A stretch of 64,000 nucleotides of DNA from Bacteroidia bacterium (GTDB lineage Bacteria > Bacteroidota > Bacteroidia > NS11-12g > UBA9320): contig JADHMR010000001.1 of assembly GCA_016779945.1 (NCBI GenBank), forward strand, positions 13,750-77,749, in the 5' to 3' direction. Shown in pieces: positions 41,117 through 51,725 of this stretch (positions within the stretch are counted from its first letter, which is position 1; the number at the start of each line of letters is the position of its first letter). Made by a program: the position numbers and the translations under genes. Below the pieces are notes generated by a model. The model ran no database searches and had not been told where the DNA came from. It saw nothing but the letters and a program-made list of their open reading frames with translations.

Positions 41117-42435
41117 AATATCTATTGTCCTTGATTTTTTTAACAACTAACTTAATTGGATTTTGTCAGACATCCCAAGTATTGTCATTGTCTCTTGATA
41201 ATGCCCTGTCGTTAGCTATGCAAAAAAATACGCAACTATTAAATGCTAACTTAGACATCAAACACGCAAAAACTCAAGTAAGTGAGGTATTGTCGAGTGG
41301 TTTACCTCAAATTAATGGTAATGCTGACTTCAATCACACCTTTGAGGTACCAACACAAATTATTCCTGGAGATTTTGTTGGTCAACCAGGCACAACCTTA
41401 CCCGTTCAATTTGGCGTTCCATTTAATGCTAATGCGAGTATAGGGGTTAGCCAATTAATATTTGATGGTACTTTTTTTCTAGGTGTAAAAGCGTCGTCTG
41501 AATTTGTTAAAATTAGTGAATTAAGTGCTTCTGCCACTGAAATTGACGTAAAAGAGGCTGTATATAAAGCTTATTATATGGCAATAATTGCAGACCAAAA
41601 CTTGCAACAATTAAAAGCAAGCCTTAAAAATATGAAACAGCTCCAATCGGAAACTGAGGAATTATATAATGCTGGATTTGCAGAAAAATTAGATGTTAAT
41701 CGAGTCGTTCTTGCTGTATCTAATTTGAATGTAACTCTATCTCGAGCAGCTAATCAAACTTCACTTACCCGGCAACTTTTATTGAATACTGTCGGAATAG
41801 ATATTAACCAAGAGGTAAAATTGACTTCCCCGCTACCTACTGCAACTGAAGATAATGTTACATTGTCAAATTTCGATCCTAATAGCCGAATAGAAATTAA
41901 AATGCTAGATCAACAACAATTATTAAATGAGCTTGATCTAAAACGCTATAAAGTTGGGTATATGCCCAGTTTGTATGGAAACTTTTCCTACGGCTCAAGC
42001 ACGTTTGCTGTTAAAGATCAGTTTGCCAATTTAGGAAATGACTGGTATGGAAATGGAAGATATGGCATTGGCCTTCAGTTGCCCCTTTTTGATGGCTTTT
42101 ACAAAAAATCAAAAATCAATCAGGCTAAGATAAAGATTAAACAAACAGAGAATAATAAAAACCAGGCTATTCGAGGTATAAATTTCGAATTAAATCAAGC
42201 CATTAATTCCTACGAAGAAGCAAAAAAGACACTTCAACTCCAGAAACAAAACAAAGAATTAGCTAAAGCAATTTACCAAACAACTTCAACCAAATTCAAA
42301 GAGGGTGTTGGAAGTAGTTTTGAGGCAGTTTCTGCAGATAATGAATTTACTCAGGCTAAAATAAATTACCTAAATGCATTATACGAACTCAATATTGCTC
42401 ACATCAATCTTCAAAAAGCATACGGCATATTATAA
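41113..42435 (+). CDS. TolC-family outer-membrane efflux protein
   Basis: Signal peptide MKYLLSLIFLTTNLIGFCQ (start chosen at the internal ATG at 41113, not the longer ORF). Two OEP repeats with coiled-coil periodicity. Confidence 0.8.
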   Translation: MKYLLSLIFLTTNLIGFCQTSQVLSLSLDNALSLAMQKNTQLLNANLDIKHAKTQVSEVLSSGLPQINGNADFNHTFEVPTQIIPGDFVGQPGTTLPVQFGVPFNANASIGVSQLIFDGTFFLGVKASSEFVKISELSASATEIDVKEAVYKAYYMAIIADQNLQQLKASLKNMKQLQSETEELYNAGFAEKLDVNRVVLAVSNLNVTLSRAANQTSLTRQLLLNTVGIDINQEVKLTSPLPTATEDNVTLSNFDPNSRIEIKMLDQQQLLNELDLKRYKVGYMPSLYGNFSYGSSTFAVKDQFANLGNDWYGNGRYGIGLQLPLFDGFYKKSKINQAKIKIKQTENNKNQAIRGINFELNQAINSYEEAKKTLQLQKQNKELAKAIYQTTSTKFKEGVGSSFEAVSADNEFTQAKINYLNALYELNIAHINLQKAYGIL

Positions 42436-42484
42436 TATTACTACTAAATAAAAATATAAACTACCCCCAAAAAATCATATCTAC

Positions 42485-43624
42485 ATGAAAAACATATCAT
42501 TAATACTCATCATTCTTTTAGCTTCTGCATGTGGTAAAAAAGATTTGACTGAAATTCAGCAAAAACAAGAACAATTAGTTCAAAAAGAAAAAGATTTAGT
42601 CTCACTCAAAAAAGAAATTTTAGATCTAAAAAGAGAAATTCAATCGTTAGACACAAATGCTCGAGATAATGCGATAGCCGTAATGGCCTTAGAAGTAAAA
42701 AAGGGTGTGTTTAAAAATCCATTTAAAGTTCAAGGTATCGTAAAATCAGACCGAAATGTACTTGTTTCTCCAGAAGTACCCGCAAAAATCATAAGACTTC
42801 ACGTAAAAGAGGGTCAAAATGTATCGAAAGGTCAAATAATTGCAACACTAGACGGTAGTACAGCCAATGCACAAATAAATGAATTGGAAGGAAGTATGGA
42901 ACTAGCAAAACTCAATTTTGAAAAACAACAACGGCTTTGGAATAAAAACATCGGTAGTGAAATGCAATATTTACAAGCAAAGAATCAATATGAGCAATTG
43001 CAAAATGCCATCCAAACTGCAAAAACACAACTCGGGAAATACTCGCTTCGATCGCCTATTAGCGGAACTGTTGATGAAATCATGGCTAATGAGGGAGAAT
43101 TTGTCGGGAGTATGACAGGAGGACCTGTTGCACGTATTGTAAACTTAAGTGACATTAAAATAGTTGCATCTGCCTCAGAAACATATTTGAGAAAATTAAA
43201 AGTAGGACAAGAGGTTAGCATTTCTTTTCCATCTATTGAGCTAATTACAACAGAAAAAATATCTGCTGTGAGTAACGTAATAAATGCCAATAATAGAACA
43301 TTTTCATTCTATGTAAAACCAACCAAGCACATCAAAATGATGAAACCTAACCTTTTAGCAATGATAACAGCTCATGACTACGAAGCAAATGACGCAATCA
43401 GTGTTCCTACAAAGTTGATTCGTATAGCTAATGGTGAACATTTCATATATACTATTAAAACTAATGGTAAAAAGAAGATTGTTCAAAAAAGTATCATTGA
43501 AATTGACAAACAATTTCCTAGTGAAACAATTGTTAAATCAGGTCTTTCACCGGGTGATCTGGTCATTACTGAAGGTGTAAACTCAGTGATTGTAGGTGAT
43601 GAAGTAAAAATTATTACCAAATAA
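42485..43624 (+). CDS. Efflux RND periplasmic adaptor subunit (membrane fusion protein)
   Basis: Lipobox ASAC, coiled coil, barrel-sandwich hybrid and beta-barrel segments. Positioned between the TolC-like and RND genes. Confidence 0.85.
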   Translation: MKNISLILIILLASACGKKDLTEIQQKQEQLVQKEKDLVSLKKEILDLKREIQSLDTNARDNAIAVMALEVKKGVFKNPFKVQGIVKSDRNVLVSPEVPAKIIRLHVKEGQNVSKGQIIATLDGSTANAQINELEGSMELAKLNFEKQQRLWNKNIGSEMQYLQAKNQYEQLQNAIQTAKTQLGKYSLRSPISGTVDEIMANEGEFVGSMTGGPVARIVNLSDIKIVASASETYLRKLKVGQEVSISFPSIELITTEKISAVSNVINANNRTFSFYVKPTKHIKMMKPNLLAMITAHDYEANDAISVPTKLIRIANGEHFIYTIKTNGKKKIVQKSIIEIDKQFPSETIVKSGLSPGDLVITEGVNSVIVGDEVKIITK

Positions 43625-43638
43625 TTTAAATCGAAATT

Positions 43639-46600
43639 ATGTCAAAAAAAATCAACGAGATTATTAAAGAATTTGGGCTTTCGTCATGGGCCGTAAATAA
43701 CAAAATTTCAGTCTATGTAATAATAGCTATCATAACTTTTATTGGAATAAATAGCTATGATTCTATGCCAAAAGAGAGTTTTCCTGAAGTTAAACAACCC
43801 ATTGTATACATCAATACCGCCTACCCCGGTAACTCACCAGTTGATATGGAAAATCTGGTATCTAGACCCATTGAAAAAGAGATAAATACAATTTCAGGAC
43901 TTAAGAAACTAACGAGTACTAACATTCAAGATTTTTCAATTATTGTAGCTGAGTTTGAACTGAGTGTTGAAGGAGAAAAAGCTGTATTGGAGGTTAAGGA
44001 CGCTATTGACCGTGCCAAAATTGATTTACCCAATGACTTACCTGCAGACCCTAGTGTCATGGAAATGGACTTCTCTGAATTTCCTGTAATGAACGTGAAT
44101 GTATCAGGTGAATACCCACAAAATAAACTTAAAGAATATGCTGAATATCTTCAAGATGAAATCGAAAACTTATCAGCTGTTTCATCAGTAGATATTACAG
44201 GACTTTCTGAGGAAGAAGTTGAAGTTTCTATTGATAGAGTAAAAATGGAGGCTTTACAAATCTCTTTGTTCGATGTTGAGAATGCCATTAAAAATGAAAA
44301 TGTGACCATGTCTGGCGGAGATATCAAGAGTATAGAAGGATCCGATATTACAAGAAGAAATATTAGAATTGATGGGGAGTTTAAAGACTGGCGTGATATT
44401 GAAAACATCATTATTAAAAATGAATTTCAGAACATCGTTTATCTAAGAGATATTGGTACAGTTTCTTTTGGACAAAAGGAAGCAACAAGTTTTGCCCGTT
44501 TGAACAGTAATCCTGTTGTAACACTTGACATCAAGAAAAAAAGTGGTGGAAACTTAATTGAAGCAGCTGCTAGTATTCAAACTATTGTTAAGAAAGCAAA
44601 AGCTGGAATATTCCCTAAAGACTTGGATGTTGTTATCACTAATGATCAAAGTAAAATGACTAAGAATATGATTACTAATTTAGAGAACAGCATAATTATG
44701 GGTGTTCTATTAGTAGTCGGTGTTCTTGTATTTTTCTTGGGTGTAAGAAACTCTTTATTTGTTGGTATAGCGATACCGTTGAGTATGCTTATGGGTATTG
44801 CTATATTAAATTTTAGCGGAACAACTCTTAATATGATGGTTCTTTTTTCGTTGATTCTAGCACTAGGTATGCTCGTTGATAATGGAATTGTAATTGTCGA
44901 AAATGTATATCGTCTTTATTCTCAAAAAGGCATGACCAAAGATCAAGCCTCAAAAGAAGGAACAGGTGAGGTTGCTACAGCAATTATTGCATCAACCGCT
45001 ACAACCGTAGCAGCATTTATTCCGCTCATGTTTTGGCCAAGTTTGATGGGTGAATTTTTCAAATACCTACCCATAACATTAATCATTGTCTTATCCTCGT
45101 CACTGTTTGTTGCATTAGTAGTGAACCCTGTTCTTACCTCTGATCTGATTAAAATAGGTAATTCAAAAAAATCAATAAATCGTAAATTTTGGATTAGAAA
45201 TGGAATTTTATTTCTAATCTCTATTCTGTTATACATGGGCTCAGCTGGAATCTGGGGTGGATTATTTTTAGCTACTGTAATTATTTCCATTTTGAATCGA
45301 TATGGATTAACACCCGGAGGAAACTGGTTCATGCAGAACATGATGCCTCGTATCGAAAACAAGTATGCCCAGTTTATAAAATACGCTCTAACTGGTTGGA
45401 AACCTATATTATTCATGATTGGTATGATTGTCGTTTTTATTGTTTCAATCATGACATTTGCATTAAACCCACCTCCAATTGTATTTTTTCCAGACAATCA
45501 ACCTAATTATGTAAACGTGTTCATTGAGACACCACTCGGGACTGATATAGAAACCACAAATAAAATCTCAATAGAACTTGAACGAAGAATAACTGCTGCC
45601 GTTCAAAAAGATAGCGTAATCATTGAAGCTATACTAACGCAAGTTGGTGAAAAAACTGCTGATCCAAATGAAGGTACTCCTAGTATGGGGTCTTCTCCAA
45701 ATAAAGCTCGTATTACTGTTTCTTTCTTTGAATATGAAAAACGGGTATTTTTATCAGAAGTGAATACATCTGATATTATGAGTAATATCAAAGACGCGAC
45801 TAATGATTTTCCAATGGCACAAATAACTGTCGGAAAGGACAATATGGGGCCACCTGTTGGTAAGCCAATTAATGTAGAGGTAAAAGGTGAGAATTATCTC
45901 ACCTTAATCGAAGAAGTAGAAAAAATCAAAAATAAGATGGAGGATGCCAATCTCAAAGGTGTTGACCAACTAAAAACTGATTTAGAACTCGGTAAGCCAA
46001 TGCTCGAAATATCAATCAATCAAGAATCTGCAAGAAGGTTTGGACTCAGCACCATGCAAATTGCAGGGACCATTAGAACAGCCTTACTCGGTAAGGAAAT
46101 ATCGAAGTATAAACAAGGTGAAGATGATTACAAGATTCAACTTCGCTATAAAGACAACTATCGATACAATCTAAACAACCTATTAAACACGCGAATTACA
46201 TTTCGAAACCCTGCAAATGGTAAAATAAGTCAAGTACCTATTTCAGCTGTAGCAACAGTAAATTACAATTCTACCTACGGATCTATAAAACGTAAAGATA
46301 TGGACCGTGTTATTTCTATTTATTCAGAGGTAGAGGAAGGTGCAAATGCCAATGAAATAGTGGCTCAGTTCAAAGATATACTTGCAGATCACGAAATACG
46401 TGATGGATATGAATTTAAGTTTACTGGCGAACAAGAAGAACAAGCTGAATCTCTTGCATTTCTTGGAGGAGCAATGCTTATAGCAGTATTCTTAATCTTT
46501 TTAATCATCGTCTCTCAGTTTAATTCCATAGCTGGACCATTTATTATTTTATTATCTGTTGTTATGAGTACAGTTGGAGTATTTTTCGCATTTTCAGTCA

Positions 46601-47082
46601 CCCAAACAACATTCTCCGGCATGATGTCTGGTATTGGAATTATATCTTTAGCCGGTATTGTGGTCAATAACGCTATTGTACTCATTGATTATACCAACTT
46701 ACTCAGACGAAGAAAGAAAGCGGCAAAAGGTATTGATCAGAAAGAAGTGCTTAGTATTTTAGAAATAAAAGAAACTATTATAGAATCTGGCAGAACAAGG
46801 CTAAGACCTGTCTTACTAACCGCAATTACTACTGTACTTGGTTTATTCCCGCTAGCTATAGGGCTCAATATTAATTTTGTGGGTCTACTAAGTAGCGGAA
46901 ATCCAGAATTATACTGGGGTGGGCAGAATGCAGATTTTTGGGGACCTATGGCCTGGGCTGTAATTTATGGATTGATTTTTTCTACATTCTTAACTTTGGT
47001 TATTGTACCTGTAATGTATTACCTCACAGACCGGTTGACTATTTCAGTTAAACGTTTGGCAGGTAAAATTTTCGCTAATTGA
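43639..47082 (+). CDS. RND efflux permease (AcrB/CzcA superfamily), unusually long at 1147 aa
   Basis: Twelve-TM architecture with two large periplasmic loops and conserved TM4/TM10 charged residues. There is an extra hydrophobic insertion after TM6 (see finding). Confidence 0.85.
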   Translation: MSKKINEIIKEFGLSSWAVNNKISVYVIIAIITFIGINSYDSMPKESFPEVKQPIVYINTAYPGNSPVDMENLVSRPIEKEINTISGLKKLTSTNIQDFSIIVAEFELSVEGEKAVLEVKDAIDRAKIDLPNDLPADPSVMEMDFSEFPVMNVNVSGEYPQNKLKEYAEYLQDEIENLSAVSSVDITGLSEEEVEVSIDRVKMEALQISLFDVENAIKNENVTMSGGDIKSIEGSDITRRNIRIDGEFKDWRDIENIIIKNEFQNIVYLRDIGTVSFGQKEATSFARLNSNPVVTLDIKKKSGGNLIEAAASIQTIVKKAKAGIFPKDLDVVITNDQSKMTKNMITNLENSIIMGVLLVVGVLVFFLGVRNSLFVGIAIPLSMLMGIAILNFSGTTLNMMVLFSLILALGMLVDNGIVIVENVYRLYSQKGMTKDQASKEGTGEVATAIIASTATTVAAFIPLMFWPSLMGEFFKYLPITLIIVLSSSLFVALVVNPVLTSDLIKIGNSKKSINRKFWIRNGILFLISILLYMGSAGIWGGLFLATVIISILNRYGLTPGGNWFMQNMMPRIENKYAQFIKYALTGWKPILFMIGMIVVFIVSIMTFALNPPPIVFFPDNQPNYVNVFIETPLGTDIETTNKISIELERRITAAVQKDSVIIEAILTQVGEKTADPNEGTPSMGSSPNKARITVSFFEYEKRVFLSEVNTSDIMSNIKDATNDFPMAQITVGKDNMGPPVGKPINVEVKGENYLTLIEEVEKIKNKMEDANLKGVDQLKTDLELGKPMLEISINQESARRFGLSTMQIAGTIRTALLGKEISKYKQGEDDYKIQLRYKDNYRYNLNNLLNTRITFRNPANGKISQVPISAVATVNYNSTYGSIKRKDMDRVISIYSEVEEGANANEIVAQFKDILADHEIRDGYEFKFTGEQEEQAESLAFLGGAMLIAVFLIFLIIVSQFNSIAGPFIILLSVVMSTVGVFFAFSVTQTTFSGMMSGIGIISLAGIVVNNAIVLIDYTNLLRRRKKAAKGIDQKEVLSILEIKETIIESGRTRLRPVLLTAITTVLGLFPLAIGLNINFVGLLSSGNPELYWGGQNADFWGPMAWAVIYGLIFSTFLTLVIVPVMYYLTDRLTISVKRLAGKIFAN

Positions 47083-47126
47083 GAAAATAATTTATTTAAA
47101 CCTCTGGAGGTTTAAATTTGTATTTA

Positions 47127-48197
47127 ATGAGAAAAGAAAGTAAGAAATTTTTACGCGATTATTTAAACGCTAATGCACCAACAGGCTTTGAAACAGCCGG
47201 ACAAAAAATTTGGTTAGATTATTTAAAACCATACGTCGATGATTATGAAGTAGATGTCTATGGGTCAGTAGTTGGCATTATCAATCCCGGTAAAGATTAC
47301 AAAGTAGTGTTAGAAGCACATGCAGACGAAATAGCTTGGTTTGTCAATTACATAGACGATAAGGGTTATATATATGTTATAAGAAATGGAGGAAGCGATC
47401 ACCAAATAGCACCAAGTATGCGAGTAAAACTTCATACTAAAAAAGGAAAAGTAGATGGCGTATTTGGTTGGCCAGCCATTCATGTTCGAAACCAAGAACG
47501 AGAAGAGAAACCTTCACTAAAAAATCTTACAATAGATGTAGGTGCTTCCAATAAAAAAGAAGTACTCGCAATGGGGATCGATGTTGGAACAGTAGTAACC
47601 TTTGATGCAGACATGATGGAATTGAATAAGAAGTACGTAGTTGCTCGAGCTATTGACAATAGAGGGGGAGGTTTTATGATTGCAGAAGTAGCAAGATTAC
47701 TTAAAGAAAATAAAAAAGAACTTCCATTTACCTTATATATTGTCAATTCAGTTCAAGAAGAAATAGGGCTACGGGGTGCAGAAATGATGAGTAGAAGATT
47801 AAAACCAGATGTGGCTATTGTGACTGATGTTACGCATGATACGCAAAGCCCTATGTACAACAAAAAAGTCCAAGGGGATACTTCATGCGGCGGTGGACCA
47901 GCAGTAACAACTGGACCTGCAGTTCAGAATAATCTTCTCCAACACATATTAGATGTTGCTAATGAAAATAAAATAACACTCCAAAAACAAGCTGCCAGTA
48001 GAAGTACAGGAACTGATACTGATGCATTTGCGTATAGTGACATTGGGGTGGCTTCTGCTCTTATCTCACTACCTCTAAAGTATATGCATACTACTGTTGA
48101 GACTGTAGCTTACACTGATATCGAAAATTGTATCCAATTGATGTACCATTCAGTATGTAGTCTTAAGGCAGGACAAGATTTCAGATATTTTAAATAA
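47127..48197 (+). CDS. M42-family metallopeptidase (FrvX/glutamyl aminopeptidase-like)
   Basis: LEAHADEIAW, IDNRGGG, VQEEIGLRGA and a His near the C-terminus, typical of M42/cellulase-like aminopeptidases. The ORF track starts at TTG 47118; ATG at 47127 is preferred. Confidence 0.7.
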   Translation: MRKESKKFLRDYLNANAPTGFETAGQKIWLDYLKPYVDDYEVDVYGSVVGIINPGKDYKVVLEAHADEIAWFVNYIDDKGYIYVIRNGGSDHQIAPSMRVKLHTKKGKVDGVFGWPAIHVRNQEREEKPSLKNLTIDVGASNKKEVLAMGIDVGTVVTFDADMMELNKKYVVARAIDNRGGGFMIAEVARLLKENKKELPFTLYIVNSVQEEIGLRGAEMMSRRLKPDVAIVTDVTHDTQSPMYNKKVQGDTSCGGGPAVTTGPAVQNNLLQHILDVANENKITLQKQAASRSTGTDTDAFAYSDIGVASALISLPLKYMHTTVETVAYTDIENCIQLMYHSVCSLKAGQDFRYFK

Positions 48198-48206
48198 AAA
48201 TTCAAT

Positions 48207-48243
48207 AAAAAAAGGGCTCTCAAATTGAGAGCCCTTGTAGTTT
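48207..48243. terminator. Bidirectional rho-independent terminator between the M42 peptidase gene (+) and rplQ (-)
   Basis: aaaaaaa-gggctctc-aaatt-gagagccc-ttgtagttt: a perfect 8-bp GC-rich stem flanked by an A-run and a T-rich run. Confidence 0.7.
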
Positions 48244-48258
48244 ATCATTAAAAGAAAA

Positions 48259-48915
48259 TTACTTTTCTTCCTTATCCTCTTTTTTTGGAGCTGCTTTTTT
48301 GGCTGGTGCTTTCTTTTTAGCAGCAGGTTTTTTGGCTGGCTCAGCTTTCGCCTCTTTCTTTGGAGACTCTTCTTTAGTTGCAGCCGACTCTTCTACAACA
48401 ACAGCGTCTTCAACTACAGGTGTAGTTTCTTCTACTGGTGTAGCTTCGGTTGAAGCGGCCGAAGTACTAGTTGGTTTACCCGACTTTTTACCTCTTCTAG
48501 ATCGTTTTGCTCCAGATTTTGCTTTTGATTTAGAAGACTTAGCTTCAAGCATAGCCTCGTTAAAGTCAACAAGCTCCATCATACACATATCTGCATTATC
48601 CCCAAGGCGGTTATGTGTCTTAAGAATACGAGTATAACCTCCTGGTCTATCAGCAACTTTTGGAGCGATAGATGTAAATAGTTCGTTTACCGCATCCTTG
48701 CTTTGGAGATATCCAAAAACTACCCTTCTTGAGTGGGTAGTATTATCTTTAGATTTGGTAATCAAAGGTTCTACATACACACGAAGAGCTTTAGCCTTTG
48801 CGGTTGTTGTGAATATACGTTTATGCGTAAGGAGTGAGGCAGCCATGTTACTCAACATTGCCTCTCTGTGTCCTTTCTTTCTACCTAAATGGTTGAATTT
48901 TTTCCCGTGCCTCAT
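48259..48915 (-). CDS. rplQ: 50S ribosomal protein L17 with a roughly 90-aa Lys/Ala/Glu-rich C-terminal extension
   Basis: N-terminus [29 protein letters not shown]...[12 protein letters not shown] is canonical L17. The tail is ...[34 protein letters not shown]. Confidence 0.9.
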   Translation of the reverse strand: MRHGKKFNHLGRKKGHREAMLSNMAASLLTHKRIFTTTAKAKALRVYVEPLITKSKDNTTHSRRVVFGYLQSKDAVNELFTSIAPKVADRPGGYTRILKTHNRLGDNADMCMMELVDFNEAMLEAKSSKSKAKSGAKRSRRGKKSGKPTSTSAASTEATPVEETTPVVEDAVVVEESAATKEESPKKEAKAEPAKKPAAKKKAPAKKAAPKKEDKEEK

Positions 48916-48927
48916 TTTCTTTTACTA

Positions 48928-49920
48928 TTATTCGTCGTCAAGGTTATATTTAGATACATCCATACCAAAGTTCAATTCTTTTTCTTTCACAAAATCTTCT
49001 AATTCTGTAAGTGACTTTTTACCAAAATTTCTAAATTTCAATAAATCCTCAATATGGAAACTCACTAACTCTCCTAACGTTCTAATTTCAGCAGCTTTTA
49101 AGCAATTGTATGCTCTAACTGACAAATCAAGATCTGATAAAGAGGTCTTGAGTATTTTTCTCATGTGAAGCATATTCTCATCTACTTCATTTTTCTGAGA
49201 ATGTACTTGTGTATCCTCAAGAATACTCTCATCTGAGAATAAAACTAAATGTCTCATCATAATTTTGGATGCTTCTTTCAAAGCTTCCTCAGGGTGAATT
49301 GAACCATCAGTTTTTACTTCAAATATGAGCTTCTCGTAATCAGTTTTTTGTTCAACACGAAAATCTTCTACGTGATACTTAACATTTTTAATTGGAGTAA
49401 AAATAGAATCAATAGAAATTTCTCCTATTGGAGCATTGTCTACAGAATTTTCTTCGGCAGGTACGTAACCTCTTCCTTTTTCTACTGTTAGCTCAATTTC
49501 AAGGTTAACGTAAGGCTCCATACTGCAAATCACAAAATCAGGATTTAATATCTCGAATGCGTTTGTATATCTTGCTATTTCACCAGCATTAAACTGCTCC
49601 TTACCTTTAATAGATACAAAAATCTTTTCAGAATCATTTGAATCAATAAGTTTCTTGAAGCGAACTTGCTTGAGGTTAAGGATAATTTCTGTTACGTCTT
49701 CCAAAACTCCTTTAATGGTAGAAAACTCATGATCTACACTAGGAATTCGTATAGACGTGATTGCCCAACCTTCGAGAGATGAGAGAAGAATTCTTCTCAT
49801 TGCATTACCTACGGTAACGCCATAACCTCTTTCTAAAGGACTAAATTCAAACAGACCATAGTTGGCTGTTTCTTTATGCATTATAACCTTGTCAGGTTGT
49901 TGAAAATCTAATATTGCCAT
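48928..49920 (-). CDS. rpoA: DNA-directed RNA polymerase alpha subunit
   Basis: 330 aa. N-terminal dimerisation domain and C-terminal alpha-CTD ([18 protein letters not shown]). Confidence 0.9.
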   Translation of the reverse strand: MAILDFQQPDKVIMHKETANYGLFEFSPLERGYGVTVGNAMRRILLSSLEGWAITSIRIPSVDHEFSTIKGVLEDVTEIILNLKQVRFKKLIDSNDSEKIFVSIKGKEQFNAGEIARYTNAFEILNPDFVICSMEPYVNLEIELTVEKGRGYVPAEENSVDNAPIGEISIDSIFTPIKNVKYHVEDFRVEQKTDYEKLIFEVKTDGSIHPEEALKEASKIMMRHLVLFSDESILEDTQVHSQKNEVDENMLHMRKILKTSLSDLDLSVRAYNCLKAAEIRTLGELVSFHIEDLLKFRNFGKKSLTELEDFVKEKELNFGMDVSKYNLDDE

Positions 49921-49924
49921 ATTG

Positions 49925-50527
49925 TTACTTGGAGTAAAGTTCTACTATTAATTGTTCTTTGATATTCTCAGGAATATCTTCTCTTTCAGGGTAGTTTAAA
50001 AAAGTACCTTTTAATGTTGTTTTATCAAATTCTAACCAACTGAACGATCTGCCAGCAGATGTGGAGTCAGAAATAAGTTCAAGAGATTTAGATTTTTCTC
50101 TAACCTCTATAATATCTCCGGGCTTCACTTGATAAGATGGAATATTAGTAAGAATACCGTTTACACGGATATGCTTGTGACCTACTAATTGCCTAGCACT
50201 TCTTCTTGTAGGGGCTATGCCCATTCTAAAAACCGTATTATCTAATCGAGCTTCTAAGAATTTAAGGAGATTTTCTCCAGTAATTCCCTTTTTACGAGCT
50301 GCTCTTTCAAATGTTAACGAGAACTGCTTTTCGAGCAGACCGTAGGTATATTTAGCTTTTTGCTTTTCAGCTAATTGATTAGCGTACTCAGATTTCTTGC
50401 CTCTTCGTCGTGAATTACCATGCTGACCTGGAGGGTAGTTTTTCTTTTCTAACGCCTTAGATGGTCCAAAAATGGGCTCTCTAAACTTACGTGCTATCTT
50501 CGCTTTGGGTCCTCTATATCTTGCCAT
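49925..50527 (-). CDS. rpsD: 30S ribosomal protein S4
   Basis: [15 protein letters not shown]... canonical S4 N-terminus. Confidence 0.9.
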   Translation of the reverse strand: MARYRGPKAKIARKFREPIFGPSKALEKKNYPPGQHGNSRRRGKKSEYANQLAEKQKAKYTYGLLEKQFSLTFERAARKKGITGENLLKFLEARLDNTVFRMGIAPTRRSARQLVGHKHIRVNGILTNIPSYQVKPGDIIEVREKSKSLELISDSTSAGRSFSWLEFDKTTLKGTFLNYPEREDIPENIKEQLIVELYSK

Positions 50528-50562
50528 TATCTTTATCTGTTTTATCTAAATTCACAATCAAA

Positions 50563-50952
50563 TTAAACTCTACGTCTTTTAGGTGGTCTACATCCGTTGT
50601 GAGGAAGTGGAGTTACATCTCTAATTGCAGAAACCTCCAAACCAGCTTGACTTAATGTACGTATAGCCGATTCTCTTCCAGCACCAGGTCCTTTTACAAG
50701 TACTTCTACTTTTTTAAGACCAAGATCGACAGCAACTTTAGCACAATCTTGAGCTGCAACTTGAGCAGCATAAGGTGTGTTTTTCTTAGAACCTCTAAAG
50801 CCCATTTTACCGGCACTGCTCCAAGAAATAACTTGTCCTTGATTATTTGTAATTGATACTATGATATTATTGAATGTAGATTTTACATACGCAAAACCGT
50901 TAGATTCAATACTAACTTTTCTCTTTTTTACTGTTTTTTTACTACCTGCCAT
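50563..50952 (-). CDS. rpsK: 30S ribosomal protein S11
   Basis: Canonical S11 C-terminus ...[18 protein letters not shown]. Confidence 0.9.
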   Translation of the reverse strand: MAGSKKTVKKRKVSIESNGFAYVKSTFNNIIVSITNNQGQVISWSSAGKMGFRGSKKNTPYAAQVAAQDCAKVAVDLGLKKVEVLVKGPGAGRESAIRTLSQAGLEVSAIRDVTPLPHNGCRPPKRRRV

Positions 50953-50959
50953 TATCTAA

Positions 50960-51337
50960 TTATTTCGGTGCTTTTTTCTTATTAGCCATTGTTTTCTTTT
51001 TACCTTTTCGGGTTCTTGCGTTATTTTTTGTACGCTGACCTCTTAAAGGAAGACCTTTTCGATGTCTCAAACCTCTGTAGCATCCAATATCCATTAGACG
51101 TTTGATGTTCATCTGAACTTCAGATCGAAGCTCACCTTCAACCTTGAACTCTTTACCAATCACCTCACGAATCCCGGAGATATCAGTATCGGTCCAATCT
51201 TGAACTTTTTTATCTTCACTAACTTTAGCCTCAGCTAATATGTGAGTAGCTCTGCTACTTCCAATACCGTGAATGTATGTGAGTCCTACGACTCCTCTTT
51301 TGCCTTTCGGTAAATCTATTCCTGCAATACGTGCCAT
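50960..51337 (-). CDS. rpsM: 30S ribosomal protein S13
   Basis: [14 protein letters not shown]... canonical S13. Confidence 0.9.
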   Translation of the reverse strand: MARIAGIDLPKGKRGVVGLTYIHGIGSSRATHILAEAKVSEDKKVQDWTDTDISGIREVIGKEFKVEGELRSEVQMNIKRLMDIGCYRGLRHRKGLPLRGQRTKNNARTRKGKKKTMANKKKAPK

Positions 51338-51340
51338 TTC

Positions 51341-51457
51341 TTAACCTTGTCTTTGCTTAAATCTTGGATTCTTTTTATTAATGACGTAAACACGTCCTTT
51401 TCTTCTAACGATTTTACAATCACTAGATCTTTTCTTAACTGATGTTCTAACTTTCAT
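51341..51457 (-). CDS. rpmJ: 50S ribosomal protein L36
   Basis: Not in the ORF track. Hand translation of the minus strand gives [38 protein letters not shown] (38 aa), canonical L36. Confidence 0.85.
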   Translation of the reverse strand: MKVRTSVKKRSSDCKIVRRKGRVYVINKKNPRFKQRQG

Positions 51458-51461
51458 TGTG

Positions 51462-51680
51462 TTATTTATATCTGTAGCTAATTCTGCCCCTAGTTAAATC
51501 ATATGGTGACATTTCAACTTGCACTTGATCGCCAGGCAGAATTCGGATGTAATACATCCTCATTTTACCACTGATGGTAGCCACAATTTCGTGACCATTT
51601 TCGAGTTTCACTCTAAACATTGCGTTAGACAATGCTTCAGTGATTACGCCATCTTGCTTTATTGCTTGTTGTTTTGCCAT
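51462..51680 (-). CDS. infA: Translation initiation factor IF-1
   Basis: [53 protein letters not shown] is the canonical IF-1 S1-like fold. Confidence 0.9.
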   Translation of the reverse strand: MAKQQAIKQDGVITEALSNAMFRVKLENGHEIVATISGKMRMYYIRILPGDQVQVEMSPYDLTRGRISYRYK

Positions 51681-51725
51681 TTTTAAAGGGCTGCAAATTT
51701 AATTTTTTTTATTCTCTTATACAAA

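Noticed and set aside
44943-45497. 184-aa minus-strand ORF inside the RND permease gene
   Set aside because: It is antisense to a conserved transmembrane region and its hydrophobicity mirrors the sense strand, so it is a shadow ORF.
48299-49168. + strand ORFs of 112 and 156 aa overlapping the rplQ tail and the rpoA 3' end
   Set aside because: They arise from the Lys/Ala-rich, locally GC-richer L17 tail read antisense (Ser/Ala/Phe-rich nonsense). No motifs.
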